Part shown: piece by piece, positions 7,889 to 11,361 of the stretch
How the letters are laid out: the number at the start of each line of letters is the position of its first letter
Numbering within the stretch: the stretch's first letter is position 1
Assembly (NCBI GenBank): GCA_031425655.1
Contig: JANPJS010000165.1
Coordinates: 1-11,361, forward strand
Origin: Abditibacteriaceae bacterium
Lineage (GTDB): Bacteria; Armatimonadota; Abditibacteriia; Abditibacteriales; Abditibacteriaceae
Length of the DNA: 11,361 nt
Reading direction: 5' to 3'
Notes under the pieces: generated by a model
Told to the model about the DNA's origin: nothing
The model's input: the letters and a program-made list of their open reading frames with translations, nothing else
The model's database searches: none
Program-made: the position numbers and the translations under genes

Positions 7889-9511
7889 TTACGATTGCTT
7901 CTTCGCAGGAGGCAAATCCAGGAGTTTCCAATCGCCGCCGAGCAGATCGCGCATGGCAAACTCCCAGACTACCAGGCGCTTGCCGCGCAGCGGGTCTTTG
8001 CCACGCAATAACTGTTTGCGTAATTCCTGCCGAGTCGCGTAGGCTCCCCCGGCATTGTTGATAATGGAATGCAGGGGACGCTGGAGATAGAAGCTCATCT
8101 GCTCACACAATCCCGCCGATTCTCCCCAGTTCATGGCTCCGAACGAGTAGATATTGCTGAAGCTATCACCGAGCAGCAGAATATCGGCATCGCGCGTGGA
8201 ATACCACGGCTCTCCCTCTGGCGTCAGCACCTGCTGGATTTGCACCCGTTGCTTCTTATAAAGCGTATGCGTCACCGGGAGTTTCAACATTTCAGCGATA
8301 TCGCCCCTGTTGGCAACTGTTTGCGGTTTGCGCGTATAGCCTGTAGCTTCACTTCTCGGCAGTTTGACTTTCTTCTTAATGAAATTGACAAGTGCCCGTG
8401 CCGTCAACTCCATCGCTTCCGGTGTCCAGTGCGTATCAGTTTCCAAAAACTGCGCGCGGCGAGTGCGCTGTTTGGCGCGAAGCAGAATTTCCGAGGGATC
8501 GAAGAGTTTGACCCCTTTGCGCGAAAGTGCCTGACGAAAGGCCGCGTAAGAGGGATTTTGCAAAGGCGGATGCTCGAAAGCGTAGCGGCCCGACATCTTC
8601 TCGGCATGGATTATGGATTTGACGGGAGCGAGCACCACGATGAGGTCAATGCCACGCGCTGCAAGCTGTTGTTTGAACTGCACAATCGCCTGAACCGGGT
8701 CCGGCTGCACCGCTTCATTTTCTGTATCACCACTGCGCTTCCGCACCTGTTGCAGTCCTGCGTCGAGAAAGCCGCGACTGGTGGCGTAATCTACGTCAGG
8801 GCGATAGAGAAGCCAACCCTCACGCCCAATATAGGCTTGTTCATTGCCGACGCCCACCTGCACGAGAAGACTTTGCATCCGGGGCAAAGTCCACTGCACA
8901 ATGAGCGAATCGTCCTGCAGCCTGTTCTCATGCACTTGAAACCGGGAAGCACTGGGGATAAGGCTCCACGCTTCCTGTGGGTTGCGCACTGCGCGAATCT
9001 GCTCTGGCGACGGCAACTCTTGCCAGGCTTCCAAAATAGTCGGCACCGTCTTTGTTTCCGGCTGTTCGCCGGCTGCCATTTGCGCTCGGCGCTCCGCTGC
9101 ACTGCGCCGCACTTCCACCACGCTTTGTAGAACAGGCACGGAGAAAATGGTGATGAGAAAGAAGATTACCAGTGTCCAGCACATGGGACGAGTAATCGCC
9201 GTGTGTTCCAAGGCGAGCTTTGCTTCTTCTTCGCGGCTGATCTTAACTCTGGGTTGCGCCTCCCTGATAAGCCCATGATGCGGTTTGCGGGCTGCTTCGT
9301 CGCTCAGTGCCGCTGTGGGGTTTTCATCCGCATGGTGACTATCGGGATGATATTCATCAATGGGACGTAGGACTTCAGCCTCGGCGGCTGGCTCGTTCTG
9401 AGAGTGGAGATGCTCGTGCTGTAAAAGACCCGTTCGCTCTTCAGGAGAAGTGGCGTCCGGAGGGACTGCGTCCGGGGAGATGCTCTTCTCGTCTTGATGG
9501 TTATTTTTCAT
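7889..9511 (-). CDS. AlgJ/AlgX-family SGNH-like O-acetyltransferase, membrane anchored
   Basis: GREGWLLY, LAARGIDLIVVLAPVK, catalytic DTHW (D-x-H) preceding LLGDSFS (the permuted order seen in AlgJ/AlgX), and VVWEFAMRDL. Single TM (WTLVIFFLITIFSVPVL). Start likely ATG 9511 (MKNNHQ); the ORF track extends to TTG 9532. Confidence 0.88.
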   Translation of the reverse strand: MKNNHQDEKSISPDAVPPDATSPEERTGLLQHEHLHSQNEPAAEAEVLRPIDEYHPDSHHADENPTAALSDEAARKPHHGLIREAQPRVKISREEEAKLALEHTAITRPMCWTLVIFFLITIFSVPVLQSVVEVRRSAAERRAQMAAGEQPETKTVPTILEAWQELPSPEQIRAVRNPQEAWSLIPSASRFQVHENRLQDDSLIVQWTLPRMQSLLVQVGVGNEQAYIGREGWLLYRPDVDYATSRGFLDAGLQQVRKRSGDTENEAVQPDPVQAIVQFKQQLAARGIDLIVVLAPVKSIIHAEKMSGRYAFEHPPLQNPSYAAFRQALSRKGVKLFDPSEILLRAKQRTRRAQFLETDTHWTPEAMELTARALVNFIKKKVKLPRSEATGYTRKPQTVANRGDIAEMLKLPVTHTLYKKQRVQIQQVLTPEGEPWYSTRDADILLLGDSFSNIYSFGAMNWGESAGLCEQMSFYLQRPLHSIINNAGGAYATRQELRKQLLRGKDPLRGKRLVVWEFAMRDLLGGDWKLLDLPPAKKQS

Positions 9512-9545
9512 AGTGTGGTAGGTGCAGTTCAACGATAACGGACGA

Positions 9546-11006
9546 TTAGAAGATGAAATAAATGAACGGGTTATAAGATTGCGTCAGCAAGACCAAAAGC
9601 GAGACCCACAACGCAATCAGGCAGAACGAGACCTTGCCCCATGTCATGTGTTGCGTCCACTCCCAGGCCGATGGGCAACTCCACACGACGATGGCTGCCA
9701 GCGCCATATGGAAGAGATAAAAAGGCTGGTAAAGCAGTCCGCTGATGAGATCGGCCCCCGTCTGGCGCGGCACGAGGCCAAACAGAGACCCCAGGTAATG
9801 GGCCGCGCCGGGCAAATCGGCGGCACGAAAAAAGACCCACGAGAAGAGGACAATCAGAAAGGTCGAGCCGACCCGCAGCGAGTGAGGCAAGCGAGAGTAA
9901 AAGTTATCTCCACCGCGTGCGCGTTCAACAGCGAGCACACCACCGTGGATGCCGCCCCAGATCAAGAAATTCCAGGAAGCCCCATGCCACAGGCCACCGA
10001 TCAGCATCGTCGCCAGAAGATTAATATAGGTGCGCGCCTCGCCTTTGCGGCTGCCGCCCAAAGGGATGTAAAGGTAATCACGCAGCATTGAGGAAAGCGA
10101 GATGTGCCAGCGCCGCCAGAACTCGGTGACGGACTGAGACTTATAAGGCGTCTCGAAGTTCTTGGCAAACACAAACCCCATCAGTAATCCCAGACCAATC
10201 GCCATTTCGGAGTAGCCGGCAAAATCGAAGAAAATCTGAAATGCGTAGGCGACCAGGCCATACCAGGCTTCCAGAGGCCCCACCGGCCCGGCATTAAAAA
10301 CGGTATCCGCGATCTTGCCGCAGGGATTGGCCAGTAGCACCTTCATCGCCAGGCCGAGGGAAAAAAGAGCGACTCCGCGTGCAAATTTATCGAGAGTATG
10401 TGTGCGATGCTCTAATTGATCCGCCAGTTCGGAATAGCGAACTATGGGGCCGGCCACCATCTGTTGATACTGAGCCACGAAGCAAAAGTAGTCATTGAGG
10501 CTCCGCATCGCTTTGGTTTCACCGCGATAAATATCAATGGCGTAACTGATTTCTTGAAAGACATAGAAACTGATCCCAATCGGCAGCGTGACCCGCATCA
10601 CGTTTTCGACCTGGAACTGCGACAATCCCATCCACCCTATCAGAGCATGATAGTTATCCACCGAAAAGTTGAAGTATTTGAAGAAGCCTAAGAGGCCCAG
10701 ATCAACCACAAGGGCTGTCAGCAAAGCGCCCTTTTGAACGCGCGAACGCGGCCCTCCTGGCTCAAGAGCGTGAATCGGCCCGCGCCAGTTATGAAATCCG
10801 TTGTGCGCCTGCACGCGACCCAGCACATAATCGAGCAGCGTCGTCCCTATCATCACAAACAGGAACTGCGGGCTGCCCCAACCATAGAACAGGAAACTGG
10901 TAACTGTCAGCAAAAAATGCCGCGCCGGACGCCACGGACACGGATAATAAAGCAGTAACGAAAACGGTAGAAAGTAGAAGATGAAGATGTAGGAGCTGAA
11001 AACCAT
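9546..11006 (-). CDS. algI: MBOAT family O-acyltransferase, AlgI/PatA/DltB-like
   Basis: 486-aa polytopic protein. MVFSS..F..FLP start, SFLFYGW, FFKYFNF, LPIGISFYVFQEISY, AGPIVR, DFAGYSEMAIG, FWRRWHISLS, GLWHGA (catalytic His codon 9984-9986), C-terminal FIYFIF. The symbol denotes family only; the substrate is unknown. Confidence 0.93.
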   Translation of the reverse strand: MVFSSYIFIFYFLPFSLLLYYPCPWRPARHFLLTVTSFLFYGWGSPQFLFVMIGTTLLDYVLGRVQAHNGFHNWRGPIHALEPGGPRSRVQKGALLTALVVDLGLLGFFKYFNFSVDNYHALIGWMGLSQFQVENVMRVTLPIGISFYVFQEISYAIDIYRGETKAMRSLNDYFCFVAQYQQMVAGPIVRYSELADQLEHRTHTLDKFARGVALFSLGLAMKVLLANPCGKIADTVFNAGPVGPLEAWYGLVAYAFQIFFDFAGYSEMAIGLGLLMGFVFAKNFETPYKSQSVTEFWRRWHISLSSMLRDYLYIPLGGSRKGEARTYINLLATMLIGGLWHGASWNFLIWGGIHGGVLAVERARGGDNFYSRLPHSLRVGSTFLIVLFSWVFFRAADLPGAAHYLGSLFGLVPRQTGADLISGLLYQPFYLFHMALAAIVVWSCPSAWEWTQHMTWGKVSFCLIALWVSLLVLLTQSYNPFIYFIF

Positions 11007-11159
11007 GAGGGTTGCAGTGGGGCCGATGGCGACGTGAAAGCAAATTCAAGCAGCCTTGATTTCAGACAAGAAAGAAGCTTGCCGCCCCAGCATTAAAAAA
11101 CGCCGCCATCAACAATCCGCTGGGTTTCCTTAGAAGCTGTTTGAAAAGTGGCGGCGACT

Positions 11160-11248
11160 CCCTTCCCCTTTGCCGTATCAAGGGGAAGGGCTGGCGGGTG
11201 CCCTCTGGGCAGGGGGTTAAAAAGCCGCAGAACCCCCACCCTAACCCT
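11160..11248. repeat. Purine/pyrimidine-skewed palindromic intergenic repeat (CCCTxCCC...GGGxAGGG type)
   Basis: Perfect 11-bp stem CCCTTCCCCTT (11160-11170) / AAGGGGAAGGG (11180-11190). Second stem GGGGGTT (11212-11218) / AACCCCC (11231-11237), continuing ACCCTAACCCT. Confidence 0.75.
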
Positions 11249-11313
11249 CTTTCCGGTATGGGTTTTTGAAAAACAGGCGTCAAAAAGCCCCGAAATGTGA
11301 AAAACAGAAGCGA

Positions 11314-11340
11314 TGTCATCCTGAGCTTGCGAAGGATCTC
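11314..11340 (+). repeat. REP-like repeat unit TGTCATCCTGAGCTTGCGAAGGATCTC
   Basis: ATCCT (11318-11322) / AGGAT (11333-11337) stem. Resembles the widespread GTCATCCTGAGCGAAGCGAAGGATCT intergenic repeat as I recall it. Any inverted partner would lie beyond the window. Confidence 0.55.
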
Positions 11341-11361
11341 TGCGTAATACGAGCTATTTTG

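Noticed and set aside
8069..9130. 353-aa + strand ORF
   Set aside because: Lies wholly antisense to the algJ-like gene, has no recognisable motifs, and is best explained as a codon-bias shadow.
11062..11319. 85-aa - strand ORF upstream of algI
   Set aside because: It is a translation of palindromic repeat DNA (PCPEGTRQPFPL), not a credible protein.

Overview
Bacterial chromosomal window with seven protein-coding genes, all on the - strand, plus the tail of an insertion sequence on the + strand at the left edge. In transcription order (right to left) the genes are: an AlgI/PatA-type MBOAT O-acyltransferase; an AlgJ/AlgX-type SGNH O-acetyltransferase; a small secreted hypothetical protein; a fusion of a beta-lactamase-fold (AmiE-like) serine hydrolase with a NamZ/DUF1343 exo-beta-N-acetylmuramidase; a sodium:solute symporter that appears to have lost its middle in frame; an MFS_3/DUF894 transporter; and a PhoD-family phosphatase. 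Bases 3-140 are the C-terminus and right end of a probable IS4-family transposase that the ORF track missed. Two intergenic regions (7151-7271 and 11132-11340) hold REP-like palindromic elements of different families. Both carry the same 16-nt motif (CGGGTGCCCYCTGGGC), sitting exactly where each palindrome's symmetry is broken, which is the most unusual signal I found. All family calls come from motif recognition by eye; no database searches were run.
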